From contig CAWKKR010000004.1 of NCBI GenBank assembly GCA_963850305.1, positions 1-64,000 on the forward strand: a DNA stretch of 64,000 nt, given 5' to 3'. The translations under genes were made by a program, and so were the position numbers. Below the pieces are notes generated by a model that was given only the letters and a program-made list of their open reading frames with translations, had not been told where the DNA came from and did not search any database. The DNA comes from an uncultured delta proteobacterium. Its GTDB lineage: Bacteria; Myxococcota_A; Polyangia; Polyangiales; Polyangiaceae. This document shows positions 50,744-60,595 of the stretch, piece by piece; within the stretch, counting starts at the first letter, position 1, and every line of letters starts with the position of its first letter.

Positions 50744-51799
50744 CTAGGGCCCGAGCGCGACGCCCCACGGTAGCCCGCCGATATGAACGCGCTTGTCGAC
50801 GTTGCCCGTCGCGATGTTCACGAGGGAGAGATCGTTCGACGTGCCGTTGGCGGTGTAGAGGTGAGTGCCGTCGTGACTGAGCGCGATGCCCCACGGACGG
50901 TTGCCGACGCCGTCGATGGAGCGCACTTGCTTGCGTGTCGCGACGTCGATGACGGCGACGGAGCCGCCCCGACCGGTCGATACGTAGAGCTGCTTTTCGT
51001 CGCGAGACAGCACGGCGCCCATGGGTTTGGGCCCGGCCGGCGTCGGCGAGTTCTCGTGGACGGGGATCGTGGCGAGCACGGAGAATCGCTGAGGATCGAT
51101 CACGGTGACGACTCTGCCGTCTTCGGCGGTGGCAAAGCCGAGCCGGCCGTCCTTCGTGAAGAGGATGAAGCGCGGGCGTGCGCCGGTCGGAATGTGCGCG
51201 AGGACGCCGAACGTGTTCGTGTCGATCGCCGTGACTTCGTTGTCGTGCTCCGACGTGACGAAGACGACCTTGCCGTCCGGACGCACCGTCACGCCCTCGG
51301 GCTCGGTGCCCACGGCGACCTTCCCCTCGATCCTGCCGGACGGGACGTCGACGACGGTCATCTGCGCAGTCTCCTCGTTCGAGACGTAGAGGGTCTCGTC
51401 GTCCGCCGATAGATCGAAGGTCTCCGGATCCTGTCCACTGTTCAGCGTGCGGACGAGCCGGTTCGTCCCGAGATCGACGACGCCGATTCCGTCGGCGCCG
51501 CGATCGGCGGGAGGGAGCGACCTGGGATCGACACCGGGAGGCGTCCGCGGCGAGCCGGACAGCGCCACGAAGAGCCGCGCGCCGTCGTGCGACACCTTGA
51601 CGCCGCGCGGGCGCTTGCCGACCGGAATGCGCGCCGTCACGCGGGCGTGGTCCGTATCGACCACGACGACATAGCCACCCGCTTCGTCGCTGACGTACGC
51701 CCTGCCACGTGACGGCGCTCGGTGCCTCGAGCAGGCGCACACGACGAATGCGAGCGCCGATAACGCGGCGCGACGCCGTTCCCAGGCGACGGCGCGCAT
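50744..51799 (-). CDS. YVTN-type beta-propeller lipoprotein
   Basis: AYVSDE, VGKRPRG, DPETFD, YVSNEE, VGTEPEGV, RPWGI, LYTANG repeats. Confidence 0.85.
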   Translation of the reverse strand: MRAVAWERRRAALSALAFVVCACSRHRAPSRGRAYVSDEAGGYVVVVDTDHARVTARIPVGKRPRGVKVSHDGARLFVALSGSPRTPPGVDPRSLPPADRGADGIGVVDLGTNRLVRTLNSGQDPETFDLSADDETLYVSNEETAQMTVVDVPSGRIEGKVAVGTEPEGVTVRPDGKVVFVTSEHDNEVTAIDTNTFGVLAHIPTGARPRFILFTKDGRLGFATAEDGRVVTVIDPQRFSVLATIPVHENSPTPAGPKPMGAVLSRDEKQLYVSTGRGGSVAVIDVATRKQVRSIDGVGNRPWGIALSHDGTHLYTANGTSNDLSLVNIATGNVDKRVHIGGLPWGVALGP

Positions 51800-51803
51800 C
51801 CCC

Positions 51804-53075
51804 TCAGATCCCGCCGTCCGCCTTCGGGCAGGTCCCGAACGAGTCGATCCATTGCGCAACGAGCGCCGTCGCCTGGGTGTCGACCTCGAAGCTCCCGGCG
51901 GGCGGCATGCGCCCCACGTCTTCGAGCTCGCCGGGATCCGAGGCGGGCACCGGAGTGTTCATGCGAATCCACATCGCAGACTTGGCGTGATCGCCGGGCT
52001 CGAAATCATCGAGCTGGGTCGTCGTCATCCCGGGGATGCCGTTCTGCTCGGGGAGACCGCAGATCCCGGTCGCGGCGAGCGACGCGCCGTAGCGCAGATC
52101 GAATCCCTGGTCGTTGACGTCGGGCCGATGGCAGAAGCCACAGTTTGCGCTCAGGTACGATCGGGCGCGCTCATCGACGCTCGCGCCCGGTGGCGGTCCG
52201 GTCAGGCCAAGCGCGGCGTTCGCGTACGGTTCGACGAGCGCGGTGGCGTACGGCTTCGCCGGCGCAGTCCCGAACAGACCCGCGGAGGCAAACGTGGCGA
52301 TCTGGTTCGCGCTCCCCACGACGCGGTTCATCTGATCCGTCTCGGGCCCGATCGGTCCGACCGCCGCGCTGTGGCACCCGATGCAGTCGATGAAGCTCGG
52401 ATAATTCCAGGTCACGGTCCGCTTGCCGGTGTCGAACGCGACCGCGGTCCGCGCGTCGGGGACGACGGTCGCTTCCGTTTGCTGCTCGTTCCATGCGTAG
52501 TTGTACCCGACCCAGTCGGTCCCATTGGCGATGAGCGCGGACGTCGCCGCATCGACGTGCATGAAAAGTCGTGTCTCGACGAACTTGCCGTCGAACATGA
52601 AATTCTTGATGAGGACGGTTCCGACGGGGAACTGCCACTTGCCGGTGACCGGGTCGACGTCGATCTTGCCGCCCGCGGGCAGCACGAACGCCCGTGTCTT
52701 GGCCGCATCATCGGACCAGAGCGGGCTATTGACCTCGTAAGGGACGGCGCGGCTGGTGAATGCGGTCGGATTCTGGGGCTCCATGCACCCGGTGAGCGAC
52801 AGGCGACAGAGGGGCAGCGCCGCCATTTCGGGCGCGGTGCAGTCTTCCGCCGACGAAGGCGTGATGCACGTCGGCGAAGAGCCCGCGTCCGAGCTCGGGA
52901 CGGCGCCGTCGGACCCAGGCTTCTCCGGGCCGGAATCCGTCACCGGGGCAGCGGCTCGATCGTCGGACGCGTCCGCGACGATGCCGTGATGCGGGTGGCT
53001 CGCGTTCGAACAACCGGCGCCGAGGGCGGCAAAGTAGAAGACGAGCCGCAGTCCGATGCGCGGGCTACGTGCCAT
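51804..53075 (-). CDS. SO2930-like dihaem c-type cytochrome lipoprotein
   Basis: LGAGC lipobox; PYEVNSPLWSD.A.K.R, FPVGTVL.K.F, ETR; two CxxCH (CIGCH, CGFCH); RMPP. Confidence 0.8.
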   Translation of the reverse strand: MARSPRIGLRLVFYFAALGAGCSNASHPHHGIVADASDDRAAAPVTDSGPEKPGSDGAVPSSDAGSSPTCITPSSAEDCTAPEMAALPLCRLSLTGCMEPQNPTAFTSRAVPYEVNSPLWSDDAAKTRAFVLPAGGKIDVDPVTGKWQFPVGTVLIKNFMFDGKFVETRLFMHVDAATSALIANGTDWVGYNYAWNEQQTEATVVPDARTAVAFDTGKRTVTWNYPSFIDCIGCHSAAVGPIGPETDQMNRVVGSANQIATFASAGLFGTAPAKPYATALVEPYANAALGLTGPPPGASVDERARSYLSANCGFCHRPDVNDQGFDLRYGASLAATGICGLPEQNGIPGMTTTQLDDFEPGDHAKSAMWIRMNTPVPASDPGELEDVGRMPPAGSFEVDTQATALVAQWIDSFGTCPKADGGI

Positions 53076-54924
53076 GCGGCGACCAGGAGCACAGATGTCC
53101 GAGCGCGCTGACCACGATGCGGTTCTTGGTGGCGATCGGGAAGCTCAGGCTCGGGACGCCGTCGCAGGTGGCCCCGGTCGTGACGAAGACCACTTTCCCG
53201 GTGTCGCCGTCGACGGCCTCGAGCTGCGAGCCGTTGATGAACCAGACGAGGGCGTTGTCGCTGACACCATCGGTCGTCGTCGAGATCGGCGGATAATTCC
53301 GGTGACCGCCGCCGCTACCGGCGGCGCACCAGACCTCAGTCGCGATGGGCGTCTGTCCGGGCTGGATCCAGGTCGAGATGATCGCTTCCTGCGTGCCCGG
53401 TCCCTTGCCCGGGCAATTCGCCGGGTCAGTGCCCACGTTGATCGCCGCGTGGAGGCCGGAGGCAGACGTGTACACCGTCGGCGCCGTGTAAACCGATTCC
53501 GCGGTCGTGCTCGCTACGACGAGCTCGGCGAGCGCTCCGCCGGGTTTGGGATAGATCCCGCCGCTGAGGTTCGTGCCATCCAGGAAGAAGAGGCGCCCCG
53601 CCTTCGCCGGTGCGACGACGAGGCTCGGCGGATTCGAGCCGGGTGGCAGGGGCACGTACGCGGGAGTCGACGCGCCGAAGTCGAGATCGCCAGCCGGCCT
53701 GTCCCAGCTCTGCCACTCGGTCGGTACGAAGACACTGGCCGCGTTGCGAGTGAACTGCGCGAGCCCCGACAGACGCATCACTTCTTCGGAATCCGAGACA
53801 TTGCGCGCGAGGGCCGTGGTGTCGCCCGTCACGCCGAAGACGTAATTGCAGTCGGACGCGAGCCCTCCGGAGCCCCAGATCCCGGAACGGGCGCTCTGCG
53901 TCGTCCACCCGGCGACGCGCGAGGGGTTCGTCGTGTCAACCGCGATGATCCAGCCGCGATACGTACCGCCGTCGCCATACTGACCTCCGAACGGGATGTA
54001 GAGGATGCCGTTCAGGAGAAGGGACGCGCCGTGCTGGTTCTGGTCCGACGAATTGAAGGATTGCGTGCCGGAACTCACCGTCGTCTTCGACAGCGTCACA
54101 GGCCAGCCCCCGGTGGTCACTTCCGCGCCATTGTCGACGGACAGCGCGTGTACGACGTGTGGATTGCCTCCCGTGACGACGAACAGCCGCCGCGTCCCGG
54201 AGTCGATGACCGGCGTGCCCCGGATCCCGTCGCCGCCGGTCGCGACCTGCGCGGTCCACACCGCGAGCCCCGTCGTTTCATCGAAGGCCACGACGTTCGG
54301 ATTCGAGCCGAGCGCGGGGAACGCGAAGAAGAGCCCGCTCCCCGCGGCGCGCGCCGTGGCGGCGCAGCCGGTCGCGCCGGACGGGCAACCCGCCGTCGAT
54401 GGACCTTCTTCCAGGTACAACACAGAGGCCGTTCCCTGGTTGTCCATGCTGCCGTTCGCGGGGAATGTCGCGTTGTCGTCGAAGGTGCTGTCCGGCGCCA
54501 TCGTCTTCGCCGCCGCCACCGTGAGATCCGGCGCGTCGAACGTCGCGCGTCGATAGAGATCGTGGCCGCGCTGGAGCACCGAGAACGAAGCGGCGTCCGT
54601 CGCCGGGCATTCGGGGATCGTTCCGGCGCCGCCGCTGCTGGCGCCACCGCTGCTCGCGCCACCGTTGCTCGCGCCGCCGTTGCTCGCGCCGCCGCCGCCG
54701 CCGCCGACGCCCGCGGCTGCGCCACCCTCTTCGTTGCCGCCGTCGACCCCCTTTCCCGCGCCGGCAGTTCCGCCGTTCGTGCTCTCACCGCCGGTTCCAC
54801 CGTGCCCACCGGAGCCACAGGCGATGAGCAACGCCGCACCGAGCCAGAACACGCCGAGCGACGGCGGCGCGCGCCCGTCGCTGCGAGACCATCCGCCTTT
54901 CGTCACCCAGCCGCGCCGCGCCAT
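53065..54924 (-). CDS. Secreted PQQ-like beta-propeller lipoprotein
   Basis: LIAC lipobox, Gly/Ser linker, GI.GTPVID, GWPV, YRGW, GIWGSGG, DLDFG, A.D..TG...W repeats. Confidence 0.7.
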   Translation of the reverse strand: MARRGWVTKGGWSRSDGRAPPSLGVFWLGAALLIACGSGGHGGTGGESTNGGTAGAGKGVDGGNEEGGAAAGVGGGGGGASNGGASNGGASSGGASSGGAGTIPECPATDAASFSVLQRGHDLYRRATFDAPDLTVAAAKTMAPDSTFDDNATFPANGSMDNQGTASVLYLEEGPSTAGCPSGATGCAATARAAGSGLFFAFPALGSNPNVVAFDETTGLAVWTAQVATGGDGIRGTPVIDSGTRRLFVVTGGNPHVVHALSVDNGAEVTTGGWPVTLSKTTVSSGTQSFNSSDQNQHGASLLLNGILYIPFGGQYGDGGTYRGWIIAVDTTNPSRVAGWTTQSARSGIWGSGGLASDCNYVFGVTGDTTALARNVSDSEEVMRLSGLAQFTRNAASVFVPTEWQSWDRPAGDLDFGASTPAYVPLPPGSNPPSLVVAPAKAGRLFFLDGTNLSGGIYPKPGGALAELVVASTTAESVYTAPTVYTSASGLHAAINVGTDPANCPGKGPGTQEAIISTWIQPGQTPIATEVWCAAGSGGGHRNYPPISTTTDGVSDNALVWFINGSQLEAVDGDTGKVVFVTTGATCDGVPSLSFPIATKNRIVVSALGHLCSWSPHGT

Positions 54925-55121
54925 GGAACGTGGCGAGAGTATCATACCCTCCTCGCACGGGAACGCACGACGACAATCTGCGCGCGTGTAGGTCTCTCCG
55001 GACGCCGCCGTGTGTCAGTGACGCTCGCGCGACCGGTCCTTGTCGGATGCCGGCGACGGTGGATAACATGATGCTGTCGCTCGTTGGCGCTTCTCAGTTT
55101 CACCTGAAAGGACCATCCACG

Positions 55122-57731
55122 ATGTCGAACATGTGGGCGCACCGGTTCGGTCTCATGGGCAAGGCCGCGATCGCGCTCCTCTGGCTCACCGGCTGCGGTA
55201 ATTCGCAATCCGTCAGCGGCGGCGAAAACCAGGGCCACCCCGATGGTGGCGCCGCGTGCAACCCGAGCTGCGGCGAAAACGCGACCTGTGTGAGCAACGC
55301 CTGCGTCTGCTCCGCCGGCTACACGGGCGACGGGGTGACCTGCACCGGGGCCGCATGCCCGGCTCTCGCCGTGACGAATGGCACTGTCAGCCTCGCGGGT
55401 AGCGGCACTTACGGCGACATCGCAACGTACTCGTGCAACAGCGGCTTCACGCTGAGTGGGAGCAGCACCCGCTCGTGTCAGGCGGACACGACGTGGAGCG
55501 GCACTGCTCCCACCTGCAACGCGAGCTCGGGGCCGTGTTCGACCGCACCGTGCGTCCACGGCACATGCACCGAGTCCGGCACGACGTACTCGTGTGCCTG
55601 TGACGCCGGCTTTGCCGGCACCAATTGCGACCAGGGCGACCGCGACGGCCAGGCGGTGGCGTGCTCGGATCCGGTGACTCTGGCGAACGGCACGATCGCT
55701 CCTGCAAGCGTGGCGCCGAACGAGAGCCTGACGTACGCGTGCAACGCGGGCTTCACGCTGAACGGTTCCGCGACGCGCACCTGCAACGCGGACGGAACGC
55801 TCACGGGCACTGCGCCCACCTGCACCGCCGTGTCGTGCAGCGCGACCGCACCGACGAATGGCAGCGTCGACGCGACGACCACGACGTACGGCCTGACCGT
55901 CACGTATTCCTGTGACGCGGGCTATACACTTTCGGGCACCGCAACGCGCACTTGCAACGCGGACGGGACCCTGTCCGACGTCGCGCCGACCTGCATGCCG
56001 GTAACGTGCGCGGGTGTGGTGGCACCGGCGAACGGCGCGCTGTCTGCCACGTCCGCAACGCTCGGCAATGCGGTGACCTACACCTGCACCGCGGGCTACA
56101 CGCTCGCCGGCAACGCTTCGCGGACATGTCAGGCGGTCGGCACGTTCAGCGGTTCGGATCCGACGTGCGATCCGGTCGACTGCGGCGCGCTGACGGCCCC
56201 GGCTCACGGCGCCGTGGTTGCGGCGACGACGACGTTCGGCGCGACCGCGACGTACTCGTGCAACGCGAATTATGCGCTCGCTGGCGCCTCGACGCGCATG
56301 TGCCAGGCGGATACGGCTTGGTCCGGCGCCGCGCCGACGTGTGATCTGGTGACGACGGGATGCACGTCGGACCCGTGCAAGAATGGCGGGACGTGTTCGA
56401 CGTCGGGGGCGAGCGGATTCACGTGCGCGTGCGCGACGGGCTGGACCGGCAGCGACTGCGGTTCACCCGTGACGTGCTCCGGCGCGACGGCGCCGGCGAA
56501 CGGCGGCGTGAGCGCAAGCTCGGCGAACTACAACGGTACCGTCACTTACAGCTGCGACCCCGGCTACACGATGACCGGAACCACGACGCGCACCTGTCAG
56601 GCGAGCGGTGCATTCACCGGCACGGCTCCGACTTGCAAAGCAGTGGACTGCGGCGCGCTGACGGCGCCGCCCAACGGCGGCGTGACGACCCCGAACGGCA
56701 CGCTCTTCGGCGCGACCGCGACGTACACGTGCAGCACCGGCTTCGGGCTCAGTGGCACCGCAACTCGGACCTGCCAGGCGGCGGCCTCGTGGAGCGGCGC
56801 CGCTCCGACGTGCGTCGCGACGGCTCCGACCTACTGCGACGTCGTGTACGGCATGACGAACGGCGCCACGGATTACGGCACCTTCCACCTCTACAACAAC
56901 TCCATCATCGCGATCGACAAGCAGCCGACGATTGGACACAACACGCTCCTTCCAGAGTACGGGAACACGCCCACGTACACGACCATGCCGACGCCGTTCA
57001 CGACGGCGGCATATCCGTCCGGCTGGTTCCGGCTTCGCTACACGGCGAACGCGGCCGGAACGGCGCCCGCCGCGGGCCCGGTCTCCTTCATAGAGATGTA
57101 TGCGCCCGCGGACGTGTCGGGCCTCGCGCTCGCGCTGGGGTTGACCGTCCGCATCTCCGTGGACGCTTCGGCTGGTCTCCTGCAAACGACGACGACCGGC
57201 TGCGCCGGCGGTGCAGCGCGGTGCCTGGCCCTGGACGGCACGGGTTCGCCGCAGTTCCTTTCCGCCGCGAACCGCTGTCAGTCGCTCGCAACCGGTGTGC
57301 TCTCGGGCAATACCATCACGTGGGATGCTTGCAGCATCGCCGCGCCCGCGGGCACGACGGGCACGCCCTCCACCGCGCAGCTCACTTTCACGCCAGCGAT
57401 GTCGGTCGCCAAGGCGGCTCCGGCGGATCCAGGCTGCGCGAGAAACATGACCGTGTGGGGCGGGGTTGCTTGCACGGCGGGAGGTCTCCCCGGCTGCGGG
57501 GCTGCGGGCACACTGTCGACGGCGCCCATCGACACGGTGTGGGATGAAAACTTTCCGCCCACGACTCTCTCGTCGACGACGTACTCGACCGCAACGGCGA
57601 CGATCCCCGAGTTCATCATTCCCGACAGCGACGCGAACACTTACACGGGGGCGCGTGTGACCAACGCCGCCGTCGTCAAGGTCGAGTGCGGCACCGTCGC
57701 AAGCGGGAACCTCACGTGCGACGATCAGTGA
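55122..57731 (+). CDS. Sushi/CCP and EGF-like repeat lipoprotein
   Basis: LTGC lipobox; seven C..NG...Y.C..G(F/Y).L.G...R.C....W/F.G..PTC units; three EGF-like units. Confidence 0.88.
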   Translation: MSNMWAHRFGLMGKAAIALLWLTGCGNSQSVSGGENQGHPDGGAACNPSCGENATCVSNACVCSAGYTGDGVTCTGAACPALAVTNGTVSLAGSGTYGDIATYSCNSGFTLSGSSTRSCQADTTWSGTAPTCNASSGPCSTAPCVHGTCTESGTTYSCACDAGFAGTNCDQGDRDGQAVACSDPVTLANGTIAPASVAPNESLTYACNAGFTLNGSATRTCNADGTLTGTAPTCTAVSCSATAPTNGSVDATTTTYGLTVTYSCDAGYTLSGTATRTCNADGTLSDVAPTCMPVTCAGVVAPANGALSATSATLGNAVTYTCTAGYTLAGNASRTCQAVGTFSGSDPTCDPVDCGALTAPAHGAVVAATTTFGATATYSCNANYALAGASTRMCQADTAWSGAAPTCDLVTTGCTSDPCKNGGTCSTSGASGFTCACATGWTGSDCGSPVTCSGATAPANGGVSASSANYNGTVTYSCDPGYTMTGTTTRTCQASGAFTGTAPTCKAVDCGALTAPPNGGVTTPNGTLFGATATYTCSTGFGLSGTATRTCQAAASWSGAAPTCVATAPTYCDVVYGMTNGATDYGTFHLYNNSIIAIDKQPTIGHNTLLPEYGNTPTYTTMPTPFTTAAYPSGWFRLRYTANAAGTAPAAGPVSFIEMYAPADVSGLALALGLTVRISVDASAGLLQTTTTGCAGGAARCLALDGTGSPQFLSAANRCQSLATGVLSGNTITWDACSIAAPAGTTGTPSTAQLTFTPAMSVAKAAPADPGCARNMTVWGGVACTAGGLPGCGAAGTLSTAPIDTVWDENFPPTTLSSTTYSTATATIPEFIIPDSDANTYTGARVTNAAVVKVECGTVASGNLTCDDQ

Positions 57732-57760
57732 GCCCAGGGCGACCCTCGGCGCGCGGAGAC

Positions 57761-58450
57761 TCACCTTCGACCGAGGAGTAGTCGGTTCTTCGGCGTGATC
57801 GCGTCCGGGATCCGCTGGGTGAACACCTGGTAGCCCGCGGCGCGGAGACGGACGGCGCGGGTGACGTCGATGGCAAGCGTCACGTCGAGCCATCCGTCCA
57901 TGCCGCCCGTGTCGCACTTGGCGGTCGCGTGGCAGCACGGCAGGACCGCCACGCGCGCGCCCACGGCCATGGCCTTCGTCAAGACTTCGTCGGTGAGTGC
58001 GCCGCACGCGTGCGCGGACACGACGACGTCCGACGGCAGGATCTCGACATCCGCGATGGCTCCCTCCACGAGCGTGACGCGGCCCGCGAGCCGCGGCCAT
58101 TCAGCCGTGATGGCCGCCGCGACTTTCCGGGCGCTGATGGGGATGCGCGTGTCCACGGCGAGCGCGGATTCCGAAGTGGCATCGATGAGCAGCATCAGCT
58201 GCGCGAGCAGACCGTGACCACACGCGAGATCGACGACGCGCCCTCCACGAAACCGCCGGCGCGTGCGGCGCGCCACTTCCCAAGCCTCGAAGAGCTCCTT
58301 GCGCGGGATGCAACGCGCCGCCGCGAGTGTCCGGGCGACGTGATGAAACAGGCTGGCTTCGGGGAACCGCTCGACGTCCCGAGGGCCGAGCCGCGCGCGG
58401 CTCGACGGATCGTAGCTGGGGCCGCGCGTTGCTGCCATCGTCCGTTCCAT
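57761..58450 (-). CDS. Class I SAM-dependent methyltransferase
   Basis: VVDLACGHGLL, HACGALTD, LPCCH, TPKN. Confidence 0.82.
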   Translation of the reverse strand: MERTMAATRGPSYDPSSRARLGPRDVERFPEASLFHHVARTLAAARCIPRKELFEAWEVARRTRRRFRGGRVVDLACGHGLLAQLMLLIDATSESALAVDTRIPISARKVAAAITAEWPRLAGRVTLVEGAIADVEILPSDVVVSAHACGALTDEVLTKAMAVGARVAVLPCCHATAKCDTGGMDGWLDVTLAIDVTRAVRLRAAGYQVFTQRIPDAITPKNRLLLGRR

Positions 58451-58464
58451 TATGCTCGCACGTA

Positions 58465-60258
58465 ATGCCTGATCATTCGGACGAGAACGCATCCACGCCC
58501 GCGGTCGCTCCGTCGATAGGGCAGATCACACCTCGCACCCTGCACGACTTCCGGCAAGAGCTCACGGTAGGCGAGGACGTCGTCAATCCAGCGACGTGGA
58601 CGGGCTCCATTCCAGCCGCCTTCGGGATCGCCCCTCGGGTACGGATCGGCGCAAACCGATGGCTCAACCTGCTCTGGCTGCTCCCCATCGGGTTCGTGAC
58701 CTTGATCGCGACAATCGCCGTGGCGAAAGGGCTCCGCGGGTTGCCGGCCATCCAGCAGTTCATTTTCCGACATCCAGGGGCCGGTTTCGCCACATCCTTC
58801 TCCACCGCGATGCCGGCATGGCTGCGAGTTCAGCACTTCCTGAACTTGTTTTTCATGATCTTCATCATCCGCTCCGGCCTGCAGATCCTGGCCGACCATC
58901 CCCGGCTCTACTGGACCCGACACTCGACACCCGGACGCGAGTGGTTCCGCATGCAGAAGCAGGTGCCGGACGTCCCGCTCTGGACGGCAAAGCAGGACTC
59001 CATCACCTTGCCGAGGCACATCGGTCTGCCGGGCCTCCGCCATTCGATCGGGCTGGCGCGCTGGTGGCACCTCGGCATCGACGTGCTCTGGCTCGCCAAC
59101 GGGATCGTCCTTTACGTACTGCTGTTTGCGACCGGAGAATGGCACCGTCTCGTCCCGACGAGCTGGCAGGTGTTCCCCGACGCCGCGTCGGTCCTGGTGC
59201 AGTACCTCTCTCTGCACTGGCCCACCGACAACGGCTGGGTTTCCTACAACGGACTGCAGAGCATCGCCTACTTCATCACCGTGTTCGTGGCCGCGCCGCT
59301 CGCGCTGGTGACCGGACTCGGGATGTCGCCCGCGCTCTCCACTCGGTTCAAGCGCCTGAGCAAGCCACTCAGCATACAGGTAGCGCGCTCGCTGCACTTC
59401 CTCGTCCTGTGCTGGTTTCTCTTCTTCATCGTCGTCCACGTCACGTTGGTCTTCACCACGGGCGCGCTTCGAAACCTGAACCATATCTACGCGGGCAGCG
59501 ACAGCAGCGACTGGGTCGGGCTCGGCCTGTTTGCGGCTTCGATGGCGGTGGTCGCGGTCGCCTGGGTCGCCGCGACCCCCGTGACCTTGCGACATCCGAA
59601 CTGGGTGCGGCGGATCGGTTTCGCCCTGATCGGTCCGGTGCAGCGCCTGTTCGAGCACGCGGATTCGAGACCCGGTGAATACACCGAGAAAGATATCTCG
59701 CCGTACTTCTGGCACAACGGGAAGTATCCCGATTCGGCCGAGTACCGGACCCTCTTCGACGGTCAGTTCGCGAACTATCGGCTCCAAGTCGGCGGGCTCG
59801 TCGAGAACCCGGTCGAGCTGAAGATGGACCAACTCCGCGCCCTGCCGCATCATGAACAGATCACCCAGCACTTCTGCATCCAGGGCTGGTCAGGCGTCGC
59901 GAAATGGGGCGGCGTCTCGATGCAAACCATCCTCGATCTGGTCAAGCCGAAGCCGGAGGCGAAGTGGGTGGTGTTCTATTCGCTCGGGGACGGCCCCGAC
60001 CAGGGCCCCTATTACGACGCGCACCCCATCGAGCAGATGAGTTACCGACTGACGATGCTGGCTTACGACATGAACGACCAGCCGCTGACGTACGGGCACG
60101 GAGCGCCGATTCGCCTGCGCAACGAGGTTCAGCTCGGCTTCAAGCAGGTGAAATGGATCGCCGGAATCGAGTTCGTCGCCCACTACGCCGGGATCGGCGG
60201 TGGGCAGGGCGGATACAACGAAGACCACGAGTTCTTCGGGTATCGACAGTCGATCTGA
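58465..60258 (+). CDS. Cytochrome b + sulfite-oxidase-family molybdopterin oxidoreductase fusion
   Basis: TM region with His residues (RVQHF, WWHL, YNGLQ, RSLHF, VHV); GLVENP, HFCIQGWS, LAYDMN, HGAPIRL, GFKQVKW. Confidence 0.88.
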   Translation: MPDHSDENASTPAVAPSIGQITPRTLHDFRQELTVGEDVVNPATWTGSIPAAFGIAPRVRIGANRWLNLLWLLPIGFVTLIATIAVAKGLRGLPAIQQFIFRHPGAGFATSFSTAMPAWLRVQHFLNLFFMIFIIRSGLQILADHPRLYWTRHSTPGREWFRMQKQVPDVPLWTAKQDSITLPRHIGLPGLRHSIGLARWWHLGIDVLWLANGIVLYVLLFATGEWHRLVPTSWQVFPDAASVLVQYLSLHWPTDNGWVSYNGLQSIAYFITVFVAAPLALVTGLGMSPALSTRFKRLSKPLSIQVARSLHFLVLCWFLFFIVVHVTLVFTTGALRNLNHIYAGSDSSDWVGLGLFAASMAVVAVAWVAATPVTLRHPNWVRRIGFALIGPVQRLFEHADSRPGEYTEKDISPYFWHNGKYPDSAEYRTLFDGQFANYRLQVGGLVENPVELKMDQLRALPHHEQITQHFCIQGWSGVAKWGGVSMQTILDLVKPKPEAKWVVFYSLGDGPDQGPYYDAHPIEQMSYRLTMLAYDMNDQPLTYGHGAPIRLRNEVQLGFKQVKWIAGIEFVAHYAGIGGGQGGYNEDHEFFGYRQSI

Positions 60259-60307
60259 CACAAAACGGAGGCCCCTCTCCGCCACCTTCGATCTTGCCGA
60301 GACGCAC

Positions 60308-60511
60308 TCAACCTTCGGCCGAAGCCCCGACGCGCCACAACGACCTGACCTTCTCGTGCGTTTCAGCGCCGGCGTCGATCACCCGCTCGGCGTGCGGATC
60401 ACAGAGCCGAACGATGCGATCCTGCAGGATGAGCGGCCGAGGGCGTCGCGACGGGTCCTTCGTTCGGTACGCTTCCGGCAACGCCGCGCAGACTTCGCAG
60501 ATCTGGGCCAT
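60308..60511 (-). CDS. Small CxxC...CxxH protein
   Basis: MAQICEVC...RLCDPH in an intergenic gap. Confidence 0.4.
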   Translation of the reverse strand: MAQICEVCAALPEAYRTKDPSRRPRPLILQDRIVRLCDPHAERVIDAGAETHEKVRSLWRVGASAEG

Positions 60512-60595
60512 AGGATGACCTTTTCCGGCTTCCGCCGAAATGGGCCAAGAAGATTGCGAGCGGCACCTGCACGGCGCGGACCGCCAGGGTAAGCC

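Noticed and set aside
53056..55071. 671-aa plus-strand ORF and similar long Arg-rich ORFs (540-2096, 8910-10796, 47275-48816, 56463-58100)
   Set aside because: Antisense shadows of real genes, expected in high-GC DNA; no motifs
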